In this document: positions 1 to 9,463 of the stretch, in pieces
How positions within the stretch are numbered: the first letter of the stretch is position 1
Layout: every line of letters begins with the position of its first letter
The notes under the pieces: generated by a model
Seen by the model: only the letters and a program-made list of their open reading frames with translations
Databases searched by the model: none
What the model was told of the DNA's origin: nothing
Translations under genes and position numbers: made by a program
Source: an uncultured Candidatus Saccharibacteria bacterium
GTDB taxonomy: Bacteria > Patescibacteriota > Minisyncoccia > Phycocordibacterales > UBA9973
Assembly (NCBI GenBank): GCA_964639185.1
Contig: CAZXCN010000003.1
Location: forward strand, 14,059-78,058
Direction: 5' to 3'
Length of the DNA: 64,000 nucleotides

Positions 1-908
1 TCACTGTTGTGATATTCAACATTCATATTAATATCCTCTACTCCATGTACTGTCAGAGTACTAGTACCTATACCGTCTATTTTTACACCAAGTTTCTCCA
101 GAAAGAAACATATTTCCTGTACCATATAATTTGCACTAGCGAAATTGATTACAGTTTTACCTGGTATCTTACTAGCTGTTGTTAAGACATTTTCACATGC
201 AGTGTCACCAGCCTCATACATTACTAGGCTTGTTGCTTTTGGGTTTTTAGAAGTAATAATATAATTTTCATTTGTAGTTTTGATTTTTATTCCTAAATCT
301 TCCAGTGCATATATATGTGCTGCTATTGTGCGCTTACCGAGCTTGCATCCAGATGCATGTGGTAAAGAAAATGTAGGTAGTAAATGTACTAATGGGCCAA
401 TAAGCATGATTATTGATCGAGTACGGATAGCAGACTCTACATTTATATTGTCTAGATTAAATTTCTTCGGAGGTGTTATCTCGACAGTATTTTGTGCGGT
501 CCATACAACTTTAACTCCAATACTTTCTAATATTTCTATGACCCGATATACCTCTTCGATACGAGCAATGCCATGCAATGTTGTTTTACCTCGGTTCAAT
601 AATGATGCACACAATAGACCTACTGATCCATTCTTTGAATAGTTGGTTTTTATGCTACCTTGTAATTTTCTACCACCCTCTATCTGAAAGTCTATAGAAT
701 TATTTATTGAAACTATCTGATGGCCTAATACATCACCTATTTTACTAAGTATATCGGTGCTAAAATTCTGTTCACCCTTTTCCATACGAGCAACAGCGCT
801 TTGTGAAGTACCTAATGCTTTGGCAAAAGCGCCTTGTGTCAGACCTTTGTGTTCGCGTAATTCTTTTATAAAATAAGCTATTTTTTGCTGATCGGATTGT
901 TTTTTCAT
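1..908 (-). CDS. murA: UDP-N-acetylglucosamine 1-carboxyvinyltransferase (MurA), partial (C-terminus off the window edge), with an N-terminal XRE-type helix-turn-helix fusion
   Basis: Manual reverse-complement translation from the ATG at 908..906 gives MKKQSDQQKIAYFIKELREHKGLTQGAFAKALGTSQSAVARMEKGEQNF (XRE HTH). This runs in frame into KLQGSIKTNYSKNGSVGLLCASLLNRGKTTLHG...SGCKLGKRT, which matches the MurA/EPT N-terminus and the catalytic Cys loop. The ORF runs off the window start. Confidence 0.75.
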   Translation of the reverse strand, partial: MKKQSDQQKIAYFIKELREHKGLTQGAFAKALGTSQSAVARMEKGEQNFSTDILSKIGDVLGHQIVSINNSIDFQIEGGRKLQGSIKTNYSKNGSVGLLCASLLNRGKTTLHGIARIEEVYRVIEILESIGVKVVWTAQNTVEITPPKKFNLDNINVESAIRTRSIIMLIGPLVHLLPTFSLPHASGCKLGKRTIAAHIYALEDLGIKIKTTNENYIITSKNPKATSLVMYEAGDTACENVLTTASKIPGKTVINFASANYMVQEICFFLEKLGVKIDGIGTSTLTVHGVEDINMNVEYHNS

Positions 909-920
909 AATTGGCATTAT

Positions 921-936
921 ATATCATATATGATAT
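921..936. promoter_or_regulatory. Perfect 16-bp palindrome ATATCATATATGATAT in the murA-murB divergent region; a candidate operator for the fused HTH that overlaps a TGnTATAAT-like -10 for murB
   Basis: The sequence atatcatatatgatat is its own reverse complement. It lies 12 bp from the HTH-murA start and 10 bp from the murB start. Confidence 0.35.
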
Positions 937-945
937 AATTGCAAT

Positions 946-2025
946 ATGGACAAGTTTATAGACATATCACTGTATACAACATTCAAGCTCGCTTCATATG
1001 CGGGGGAACTTGTGGTTTTTAAAGGTGGTGATGTAAAAAATATTATAGGTTCTATAAATAAAGATAATAATAAAATTTTTGTGCTAGGTGGTGGGTCCAA
1101 TATTATATTGCCGAATGATATGACAAATTTTAGTATTTTAAAAATAGAAAATAAAGGCATTGAAAAATTAAATGACCCCGAAGGAAAGAATACTTCCAAC
1201 GGGGCAGGAGATGATGTTTTTATTAGAGTTGCTGCAGGAGAGGTGTGGGATGATGTGGTGCAGTATGCTGTTGATAATAATTATTCAGGTATTGAAGCTT
1301 TGTCGGCGATCCCTGGAACAGCAGGCGCTACACCTGTACAAAATGTAGGTGCTTATGGGCAGGAAATCAAAGATGTATTGGTATCTATCGATGCATATGA
1401 CACACAAGCTGGCGAGATGGTTAGTATTACAAATACCGAATGCGAATTTAGTTATCGTATGAGTCGGTTTAAAAAGGACTGGAAGGGTAGATACATAATT
1501 ACACATATAATACTAAAGCTTTCAAAGAATCAACCAAAATTACCAGACTACCCAGGTGTAAAAAAATATTTTGAAAACAAAATACTCAGCCAGCCGTCCG
1601 ACGGCTATCTGGGTCCTAGCTTGCAGGAAATTCGTGATGCTATTATTGAAATACGCTGGTCAAAATTACCAAAACCTGAAGAAATTCCTAATTGTGGATC
1701 ATTCTTTGAGAATCCGATAGTAGATAAAAGTATTGCGGATAAAATAAAACAAGATTATCCGAACATGCCAACATTTCACGTCTCCGCTAGGAAAGACCTA
1801 GCGGAAGAGTTAGTAAAGATACCTGCTGGCTGGCTGATAGAAAATTCCGGACTCAAAGGCGCAGATTTTGGTACTGTAGGTACTTATGAAAAGAATGCTC
1901 TGGTATTGATAAACCTAGGCTCTGCAACTCAGGATGATGTAATCAGTGCTCGTGATCAGATAATCAGTGCTGTTTATGAAAAGTTTGGAATAACTCTTGA
2001 ATCGGAACCGGAGATAGTTAAATAA
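946..2025 (+). CDS. murB: UDP-N-acetylenolpyruvoylglucosamine reductase (MurB)
   Basis: VLGGGSNIIL and AIPGTAGATPVQNVGAYGQE are MurB FAD-binding motifs. SYRMSRFK is also typical. The gene is divergent from murA. Confidence 0.85.
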   Translation: MDKFIDISLYTTFKLASYAGELVVFKGGDVKNIIGSINKDNNKIFVLGGGSNIILPNDMTNFSILKIENKGIEKLNDPEGKNTSNGAGDDVFIRVAAGEVWDDVVQYAVDNNYSGIEALSAIPGTAGATPVQNVGAYGQEIKDVLVSIDAYDTQAGEMVSITNTECEFSYRMSRFKKDWKGRYIITHIILKLSKNQPKLPDYPGVKKYFENKILSQPSDGYLGPSLQEIRDAIIEIRWSKLPKPEEIPNCGSFFENPIVDKSIADKIKQDYPNMPTFHVSARKDLAEELVKIPAGWLIENSGLKGADFGTVGTYEKNALVLINLGSATQDDVISARDQIISAVYEKFGITLESEPEIVK

Positions 2026-2049
2026 AGATGGCTTGGCCACGAATACACT

Positions 2050-2101
2050 CCGGCACAATAATAAAATCCCCTATTTATAGGGGATTTTATTATTGTGCCG
2101 G
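2050..2101. terminator. Long perfect palindrome acting as a bidirectional terminator between murB and tRNA-Leu
   Basis: ccggcacaataataaaatcccctat-ttat-aggggattttattattgtgccgg. The right arm overlaps the tRNA-Leu 3' end. Confidence 0.6.
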
Positions 2102-2177
2102 AGAAGGGACTTGAACCCTTAACCCTTGCGAGACACGATTTTGAGTCGTGCGCGTATACCAATTCCGCCACTCCGGC
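2096..2177 (-). tRNA. tRNA-Leu (anticodon CAA), long variable arm
   Basis: The reverse complement reads GCCGGAGUGGCGGAAUUGGUAUACGCGCACGACUCAAAAUCGUG...AAGGGUUCAAGUCCCUUCUCCGGCA. Acceptor GCCGGAG pairs with CUCCGGC, the anticodon loop is CUCAAAA and the T-loop is UUCAAGU. No CCA is encoded. Confidence 0.85.
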
Positions 2178-2253
2178 GAGTAAGGATAGTATACTAAAAT
2201 ATGGCAAAAAATCAATTTTTGGTTATGTAAAATTTTTATGTTAAAATATCCTC

Positions 2254-3264
2254 ATGTCACAATTATACAGTAACTCAATATTTTGGATTGATGTAGATAA
2301 GATCAAGCCAAACCCATATCAGCCACGCCGTGAATTCGATGAAGCTCGATTAAAAGATTTATCCAGTTCTATTCGCCAATATGGTATCCTTCAACCTCTA
2401 ACAGTATCACGTAATGAAGTTATAAAAGATGATGGGGGAATTGCTGTTGAATATGAATTAATAGCCGGTGAGCGCCGACTACGTGCTTCAAAGTTGGCTG
2501 GATTGCGTGAAGTACCTGTAGTAATACGTGTCGGGGATGATAGTATGGCTAAATTGGAACTTGCTATTATAGAGAATTTACAACGCGAAGATTTGAATGC
2601 TGTTGAGCGCGCTCGTGCATTTATGAAACTTGCTGAAGAATTCAAATTTACTCATGCACAAATAGGTTTAAAAGTAGGCAAGAGTCGTGAATATGTTTCT
2701 AATACTTTGCGCTTGCTAGCTTTACCTCAAGAAGTTCTGGATGCCCTATCACAAGGCAAAATTACAGAAGGTCATACTCGTCCAATACTTATGCTTTCTG
2801 ATAGACCTGAAGAGCAGATGGTTCTATTTAAAGAGATAATGTTTAAAAAGATCAATGTTCGTGATGCTGAAAAAATGGCACGTCGTGTTGCAACTGATCG
2901 AGTTCGCAAGAAGGAATACATGCCAGATCCAGAAATGTCTGCTATAGAGGAACGTCTTCAAGAGACTCTGGGTACTCGTGTACATATCGAACGTGGAGAA
3001 GTTGGCGGTCAGATCACTATTGATTTCTTTTCTAACGAAGACCTAGAAACTATATTAGAAATAATAAAGACAAATAATGTTGCTGAAAAACATGCAATGT
3101 TAAAGAAGTATGAAGCTAGTCAAATGACTGCAAATACAGAAAAACCAATAGAGTCAAAGGAAGATATTTTCGACAATGCACCTATCGATGACCGTACTAA
3201 AGATGAAATCCAAAAATCTGAAGAAGAAGCTGACCTATATAATATAAGTAAATTCTCTTTATAA
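2254..3264 (+). CDS. parB: ParB/Spo0J-like chromosome partitioning protein
   Basis: ParB N-terminal box (LIAGERRLRASKLAGL), HTH region (GLKVGKSREYVSNTLRLL) and an acidic C-terminus. No parA is adjacent. Confidence 0.8.
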   Translation: MSQLYSNSIFWIDVDKIKPNPYQPRREFDEARLKDLSSSIRQYGILQPLTVSRNEVIKDDGGIAVEYELIAGERRLRASKLAGLREVPVVIRVGDDSMAKLELAIIENLQREDLNAVERARAFMKLAEEFKFTHAQIGLKVGKSREYVSNTLRLLALPQEVLDALSQGKITEGHTRPILMLSDRPEEQMVLFKEIMFKKINVRDAEKMARRVATDRVRKKEYMPDPEMSAIEERLQETLGTRVHIERGEVGGQITIDFFSNEDLETILEIIKTNNVAEKHAMLKKYEASQMTANTEKPIESKEDIFDNAPIDDRTKDEIQKSEEEADLYNISKFSL

Positions 3265-3267
3265 AAT

Positions 3268-4758
3268 TTAGAATCCAGTATAAGAACGCAAGCGTGATAG
3301 TAGACTATTTTCTTTTAGGTAAGCATTAATATACTTTTTAGCCATACTTGTTTTTACATTATCGATCCACTTGCTGGATGGATTAGACTTTTTATTTACT
3401 ACTATTTCCACGATGTCATTATTGTGAAGTTTAGTGAATAGTGTGGTCATCTTGCTATTTATCTTTGCGCTTTGGGCATGATTACCAATATCTGAGTGTA
3501 TTGCATAAGCAAAGTCGATAACTGTTGAGTCTTCTGGTAGATCTACGACATCACCTTTTGGTGTTAGGACGAATATTCTATCTTTAAAAAGATCCATCTT
3601 TAGATGCTCTAAGAACTTTTCAGGATTTATCTTCTTTTCCTCCAATCCCTTCAATTCTTCTAGCCATTCAAGATTCTTTGAGCTAGGAGTGTTGTCATCA
3701 GTAGAAGCTTTTTTATTTCTTCTATTACTTTCTTCTTTATATATAAAATGTGCTGCAACACCATAGGCAGCTTCAGCATGCATTTCTGTGGTGCGTATTT
3801 GGATCTCGACTATACCACCATTACCTGTAAAGATTGTAGTGTGTAGACTTCGATAACCATTTGGCTTTGGCATGGCTATATAGTCTTTTATGCGCCCTGG
3901 CATTGGTCGCCACAGCATATGTATGAGCCCAAGTGTTCGATAACAATCCTCGATGTCTTTTACTATTACTCGTATGGCAACAATATCATATATTTTATCG
4001 ATATCCATTTCATAGCGCTTTAATTTCTGCCATAGACTATATTTATGTTTCTCTCGTTCATCTATCTCAATGAATTTTATATTATTCTTTTCCAATTCTT
4101 CTTTTAAGGTTTCTGATACTATCTCTAACTCTTCATTGTTTGAAGTAGACTTTTCTTTTAAAAGATCTTCAACTTTTGCATAATCTTCTGGAAATACATA
4201 AGGGAAAGCTGCGTCTTCAAGAGCACCTTTTAACTTACCCATACCGATACGATCAGCAAGGCGGGCATGTATTTGGATAGTTTCGAGTGCTATGCGATAA
4301 CGTTTGTCTTCGCGTACGTGTTGGAGTGTTCGGACATTGTGTAGTCTGTCTGCAAGCTTGATAATCAATACTCGCAAATCTTCGGCCACAGCCATGAAGA
4401 ATTTACGTAGACTTTCAACATGACGTTCTGCTCCACGGTATTTTAATTTACCCAGTTTAGTAACACCTTTTACTAGACGAACTATTTCTTCACCAAACTT
4501 TTTTTGCATCTCTTCTTCGGGGATTTCTGTATCTTCGAGTGTATCGTGTAGTAGGCCTGCTACTATAGTACTAGCATCCATACCTAAGCCCGCCAATATT
4601 TTGGCAGTTTCAAATACATGTATAAAGTAAGGTTCACCACTATTACGCAGTTGACCTTCGTGGGCACTCATAGCAAAATCGTAAGCTTTCTGTATCAAGA
4701 CTTTGTCAGCCTTGTTTAGCTTGTGAGCTTGTTCAAATATTTCATTGATATCTGGCAT
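3268..4758 (-). CDS. rel: RelA/SpoT-homolog (p)ppGpp synthetase/hydrolase, short form (HD + synthetase + TGS, no ACT/ZFD C-terminus)
   Basis: HD motif HVFETAKILAGLGMDASTIVAGLLHDTLEDT. Synthetase motif GRIKDYIAMPKPNGYRSLHTTI. TGS-like VLTPKGDVVDLPEDSTVIDFAYAIHSDIG at the C-terminus. Only 496 aa. Confidence 0.85.
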   Translation of the reverse strand: MPDINEIFEQAHKLNKADKVLIQKAYDFAMSAHEGQLRNSGEPYFIHVFETAKILAGLGMDASTIVAGLLHDTLEDTEIPEEEMQKKFGEEIVRLVKGVTKLGKLKYRGAERHVESLRKFFMAVAEDLRVLIIKLADRLHNVRTLQHVREDKRYRIALETIQIHARLADRIGMGKLKGALEDAAFPYVFPEDYAKVEDLLKEKSTSNNEELEIVSETLKEELEKNNIKFIEIDEREKHKYSLWQKLKRYEMDIDKIYDIVAIRVIVKDIEDCYRTLGLIHMLWRPMPGRIKDYIAMPKPNGYRSLHTTIFTGNGGIVEIQIRTTEMHAEAAYGVAAHFIYKEESNRRNKKASTDDNTPSSKNLEWLEELKGLEEKKINPEKFLEHLKMDLFKDRIFVLTPKGDVVDLPEDSTVIDFAYAIHSDIGNHAQSAKINSKMTTLFTKLHNNDIVEIVVNKKSNPSSKWIDNVKTSMAKKYINAYLKENSLLSRLRSYTGF

Positions 4759-4797
4759 ATATTAAGTATACATCATTGATAAAATATCGGAAATAAA

Positions 4798-7074
4798 TTA
4801 TTTCTTGTTGTTTACTAGATTGTCGTCTAATTTATGAGGGTTGTGATTTTTACACATTTTATTTGAACAGCGTTCGGGTATTGTTTTAGTACCTTCCATC
4901 ATTAATGATTGGCAATATTGGCATATATTGCCTGTCGGTTTTGCTTTAATTGCATTTTTACAGTCTGGGTAATTTGAACAGGAATAGAATATTCCAAATC
5001 TTCCTCGGCGTTCCATCATTTTTCCAGCATTACAAACAGGGCAAGTGACTGTAGTCATTTTCTTTTTTAATTCCTCCTCATCTTCTTCTATGTATTTACA
5101 TTTTGGATATCTTGAGCAAGATATAAATGACCCAAATTTACCTTCGCGTAATACTAGGCGACCGAGTTCAACTACCTTTGTGCTCTTCCTCTTTTTTCTA
5201 CCATTTTTATCAAGGCCAGAATCTTCTACAGCCGTTCCACATTTGGGGCATGGTCTACCTAAATCTTTTGGCCCTTCCAATTCCTTACCTTCTAGATTGC
5301 GAGCACCAATACAATCGGGATATTTTTCACATGAATAGAATTTACCATTACGAGCAAGCTTTACTATCATGGGGCCATTACACTTTGGGCATAGCATATC
5401 ATCGGGTGCATCACCCATATTTGTTGCTTTGGCTAATTTATCTTTCTCTTTCAATTCTTTTTGGAAAGGTAAGTAGAAATCTTTTAAAGTTTTTTCGTAT
5501 TCACGATCACCGTTGGAAATATCATCGAGCTTGTCCTCCATATCGGCGGTAAATGTATCTGATATATATTCAGCAAAGTTGTCTTCTAAGAAGCTTGATA
5601 CAACATCACCAGTGTCAGTGGGGAATAGTGTGCGACCTTCTTTGTTTACATATCCGCGTTCTTCTATAGTACGCATAATAGATGCGTATGTAGATGGGCG
5701 CCCGATACCACGTGCTTCGAGTTCTTTGACCAATCCAGCTTCAGTGTATCTGCCGGGTGGTACAGTTGCCTTTTCGATATCTTTTAATTCAAGCAATTTT
5801 AATTCTTGCCCAATTTCCATTTCAGGTAGTTCTACATCTTCACCACGAGCATCGGTGTCGACTGCAAGCCATCCAGGAAATAATACACGGGAACCATTGG
5901 CAGTAAAGTCAGGGATAGAGCCTGCCTTTATATTTGCTACTATCTTTGTTTTCATTAATTTTGCATCTGCCATTTGGCTTGATACAACTCTGTCCCATAT
6001 TAATTTGTATAACCTCTTTTGTTCTTCATTGTTACCTGCATTCATTGATTCAAAATGTGTTGGACGGATAGCTTCGTGAGCTTCTTGGGCATTCTTTGAT
6101 TTGGTTTTGTATGTATGAGCTTCAGCATAATCTTTGCCGTATTTCTTTGTTACTACTTCCAAGATTTGCTTTGTTGCTACGGCTGATATATTTGTACTGT
6201 CTGTACGCATGTATGTAATATGTCCGGCTTCATACAATTTCTGTGCGACTTGCATAGTGCGTGAAGGGGAGAATCCAAGGCGTGATGACGCTACCTGTTG
6301 CAGTGTACTTGTTGTAAATGGTGCACGGGGTGAACGCTTCTGCTCACTCGCTTTCAAGTCAGTGATGTACCACTTATTTGTATTGCCAAGTTCTAGTATA
6401 TTGTCGACAACTTTTTTATCGCGAGGTTCGTCCACGCATGATAATAATAATTTATCTTTTTTATTTGTTTCAAATAATCCTTCTAGTATCCAATATTGTT
6501 CGGGTATAAATGCACGTATCTCGCGTTCACGCTCCATAATTATACGAAGTGCAGGGGACTGTACTCGGCCAGCACTCAGACCATAGCGTACCTTTTTCCA
6601 TATTATTCCAGACAAATCATAACCTACCAGACGATCCAATATGCGTCGGGCCTCTTGGGCGCGACGCAGATTTGTATCGATTTTCCTCGGGCTTTTCAAA
6701 GCCTCCTCTACTGCTTCCTTTGTTATTTCGTGGAAAGTCACTCTTTGAATAGGGGCTTTGACTTTTTTATCTTCTTTTAGTAACTCCTCAATATGCCAGG
6801 CGATGGCTTCACCTTCACGGTCCGGGTCGGTTGCAAGCATTATTTCTTTTGCTTTTTCAGCTAGGTGTTGTAATTCATTTACAACTTTTTCTTTACCTTT
6901 TGATATTTCATAATGCGGAATAAAGCCACCGGGTATGTCGATAGCTTTTTTATTAGATTTTGGTAAATCACGCACATGACCCACAGATGCACGTACTGTA
7001 TATGCACCATCGAGGTATTTTTCAATAGTCTTTGCTTTGCTTGGTGATTCAACAATCAGTAATTTCATAAACAA
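4798..7074 (-). CDS. topA: DNA topoisomerase I
   Basis: Toprim N-terminus LLIVESPSKAKTIEKYL and a type IA core with active-site Tyr context. Multiple C-terminal C4 zinc ribbons (CPKCG..., CPVCN..., CQYCQ). Confidence 0.9.
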   Translation of the reverse strand: MFMKLLIVESPSKAKTIEKYLDGAYTVRASVGHVRDLPKSNKKAIDIPGGFIPHYEISKGKEKVVNELQHLAEKAKEIMLATDPDREGEAIAWHIEELLKEDKKVKAPIQRVTFHEITKEAVEEALKSPRKIDTNLRRAQEARRILDRLVGYDLSGIIWKKVRYGLSAGRVQSPALRIIMEREREIRAFIPEQYWILEGLFETNKKDKLLLSCVDEPRDKKVVDNILELGNTNKWYITDLKASEQKRSPRAPFTTSTLQQVASSRLGFSPSRTMQVAQKLYEAGHITYMRTDSTNISAVATKQILEVVTKKYGKDYAEAHTYKTKSKNAQEAHEAIRPTHFESMNAGNNEEQKRLYKLIWDRVVSSQMADAKLMKTKIVANIKAGSIPDFTANGSRVLFPGWLAVDTDARGEDVELPEMEIGQELKLLELKDIEKATVPPGRYTEAGLVKELEARGIGRPSTYASIMRTIEERGYVNKEGRTLFPTDTGDVVSSFLEDNFAEYISDTFTADMEDKLDDISNGDREYEKTLKDFYLPFQKELKEKDKLAKATNMGDAPDDMLCPKCNGPMIVKLARNGKFYSCEKYPDCIGARNLEGKELEGPKDLGRPCPKCGTAVEDSGLDKNGRKKRKSTKVVELGRLVLREGKFGSFISCSRYPKCKYIEEDEEELKKKMTTVTCPVCNAGKMMERRGRFGIFYSCSNYPDCKNAIKAKPTGNICQYCQSLMMEGTKTIPERCSNKMCKNHNPHKLDDNLVNNKK

Positions 7075-7126
7075 CAGTATTACACGAAAGTAAATATTTT
7101 TGCAAATTTTGATATAAAAATATTTT

Positions 7127-8008
7127 TTATATCCTTTTTATTTCCCCGTATTCTTCTTTTATTAAATCTTTGATTTCCATTATTGAAAGTAGGGCGCCGG
7201 CGCGGGAGGTATCCATACCACTTGCACGGATCAATTCATCGCGCTCCATCGGCTCGATGAGTAGATTTATTATTATCATTTCGTCTTTTCCGCAGTCGGC
7301 GTATTTTTGTTTGTCGGTCTGCATGGGCTTTTCTATATCAAATCCAAGTGCATCGAGTAATTCGTCAGTATTGGTAATAGGTGTGGCGCCTTGGCGAATG
7401 AGGTTATTAGTACCTTTGGAATTTGGTGACAATGCCGACCCAGGCACTACTAATACATCGCGATTGTAATCCACTGCCATGCGTGCAGTAATTAATGTGC
7501 CAGATTTTTCCTGAGCTTCGATTATTAATACAGCACGAGATATCCCAGCCATTAATCGGTTGCGTTGGGGGAATGAATATAGTTGCGACTTTTCATCTGG
7601 TAACATTTCAGATATTAGGCATCCACCTGCATCTACTATTTCTTGGGCAAGTTTTATATTGGACCGTGGGTATAAAGCATTGTTGTCGAGCCCCGACCCA
7701 GGCATAGAAAGGGTAATGAGTCCTGCACGTAATGCAGCACGGTGGGCTATAGTGTCGATACCAAGTGCCAAGCCCGATACTATTACAACAGGGTAGCCTT
7801 TTAATCCAGCGATTAATTTCTCGCATATTTCTTTACCATACGAGGTAAAGTTGCGTGAGCCAACAACGGCTAGATACACATAATCTTGCGGAGGTAATTC
7901 ACCCCTACGGAAAAGTTGTTTAGGAGGTTGTGGAATCTCGAGTAGTGGCTTTGGAAACTCTTCAATTTTTAGTTTGACGATATCTTCCATATTATTTACG
8001 TTTCGCAA
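7127..8008 (-). CDS. dprA: DNA processing protein DprA (Smf)
   Basis: Rossmann-like DprA core: YLAVVGSRNFTSYGKE, VIVSGLALGIDTIAHRAAL and LIIEAQEKSGTLITARMA. Confidence 0.85.
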   Translation of the reverse strand: MRNVNNMEDIVKLKIEEFPKPLLEIPQPPKQLFRRGELPPQDYVYLAVVGSRNFTSYGKEICEKLIAGLKGYPVVIVSGLALGIDTIAHRAALRAGLITLSMPGSGLDNNALYPRSNIKLAQEIVDAGGCLISEMLPDEKSQLYSFPQRNRLMAGISRAVLIIEAQEKSGTLITARMAVDYNRDVLVVPGSALSPNSKGTNNLIRQGATPITNTDELLDALGFDIEKPMQTDKQKYADCGKDEMIIINLLIEPMERDELIRASGMDTSRAGALLSIMEIKDLIKEEYGEIKRI

Positions 8009-8097
8009 GTATATTAAAATTTTCTTCGCTTATCCCTCTTCGCTCGTTCCTCGCTACGGCGCGCCCACACCTACTCAGAAAATTTTAATATACTTGC
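8005..8097. repeat. 21-bp perfect inverted repeat (gcaagtatattaaaattttct / agaaaattttaatatacttgc) enclosing a 51-nt GC-rich loop, in the dprA-serS divergent promoter region
   Basis: Read directly from the sequence. The loop tcgcttatccctcttcgctcgttcctcgctacggcgcgcccacacctactc is far more GC-rich than its surroundings. Confidence 0.6.
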
Positions 8098-8140
8098 TTC
8101 ACTATTTGTTTATTATACCATTTTTGGTTATACTAGCTGT

Positions 8141-9448
8141 ATGTTAGACATTAAATTCATCAGGGAAAATACCGATATAGTAAAAGCAGGCATAAAGAAT
8201 AAAAATTCAGATATAGATATTGATTTATTGATAAAACTTGACGATAGGCGTCTGGCTGTATTAAAGATGACCGAGGATCTACGTGCCGAGCAGAATAGGA
8301 TGAATGCTTCTATTTCAATAGAAAAAGATTCTTCAAAAAGGGAACAGATGATAGAGGAAATGCGTTTGGTAAAAGACGATTTTAAAAAAGGGGAAGAAGA
8401 GCTTCGTGAGGTGATGTCACAATGGCAAGGATTAATGTTGAAAATACCAAATATCCCATCTGTAGATACACCTGTGGCTCCTGATGAGAGTGGTAATATG
8501 GTTATAAGGCAATGGGGAGAAAAGCCACAATTTAATTTTACACCAAAGGAGCATTTTGAAATTGGTAAAAAATTAGGCTTGATAGATACTGAAACAGCAG
8601 CCGAAGTAGCATCCTCACGATTTTCATATTTAAAAGGTGATCTTGTTATGATGCAATTTGCACTCATTCAAATGTGTTTAGGTATTTTAACTAATAAGGA
8701 AACATTACAAAAAATTGCTGATGAAGCTGGTATATCTATTAGCGTAGACAGCTTTATGCCTGTGATACCACCAGTATTTATTCGCCCGATAGTTCAGGTA
8801 AAGATGGCGCGCATGATGGCACCAGAGGATCATTATATGTTTCCTGATGATGATTTGATGCTTATTGGTAGTGCCGAACACACACTTGGTTCTATGCATA
8901 TGAATAAAATATTTGAAGAAAATGAATTGCCAATACGTTATGCTGGATACTCTACAGCTTTTAGACGTGAGGCTGGTACTGCTGGCAAGGATACAAATGG
9001 AATATTACGTCAGCATCAATTCGATAAATTAGAGATGGAAGTTTTTTCATTACCAGAGAATTCTATCCAGGAGCACAATTTCCTAGTAGCTATTCAGGAG
9101 CATGTTTTGAAAACTTTAAATCTACCTTATCAAGTTGTGTCTGTTTGTACTGGTGATATGGGCTTTCCTGACACAAGGCAAATAGATATTGAAACTTGGA
9201 TGCCAGGCCAAAATATATATAGGGAAACTCATAGTGCTGATGCAACTGGTGGATTCCAAGCTCGTAGATTAAATACTCGTGTACGTCGTGCCGATGGTAG
9301 GATCGAGCCCGTACATATGACCGATGCTACTGTTGTAGCTATTGGCCGAACTTTGATAGGTATAATCGAGAATTATCAGCAAGAAGATGGCAGTATTCGT
9401 GTACCGGAAGCTTTGCAAAAATATTTAGGTAAAGATTTTATTAAATAA
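8141..9448 (+). CDS. serS: Seryl-tRNA synthetase
   Basis: N-terminus MLDIKFIREN with a coiled-coil arm. Class II motifs FRREAGTAGKDTNGILRQHQFDKLE and GRTLIGIIENYQ at the C-terminus. Confidence 0.9.
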   Translation: MLDIKFIRENTDIVKAGIKNKNSDIDIDLLIKLDDRRLAVLKMTEDLRAEQNRMNASISIEKDSSKREQMIEEMRLVKDDFKKGEEELREVMSQWQGLMLKIPNIPSVDTPVAPDESGNMVIRQWGEKPQFNFTPKEHFEIGKKLGLIDTETAAEVASSRFSYLKGDLVMMQFALIQMCLGILTNKETLQKIADEAGISISVDSFMPVIPPVFIRPIVQVKMARMMAPEDHYMFPDDDLMLIGSAEHTLGSMHMNKIFEENELPIRYAGYSTAFRREAGTAGKDTNGILRQHQFDKLEMEVFSLPENSIQEHNFLVAIQEHVLKTLNLPYQVVSVCTGDMGFPDTRQIDIETWMPGQNIYRETHSADATGGFQARRLNTRVRRADGRIEPVHMTDATVVAIGRTLIGIIENYQQEDGSIRVPEALQKYLGKDFIK

Positions 9449-9463
9449 TAGAATAAGTTATTC

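Noticed and set aside
280-642. 120-aa plus-strand ORF
   Set aside because: It lies entirely antisense to the well-supported HTH-MurA reading frame, and its sequence is low-complexity with no motif.
5045-6780. Several 67-188-aa plus-strand ORFs
   Set aside because: All are antisense within topA; they are an artefact of the long opposite-strand gene.
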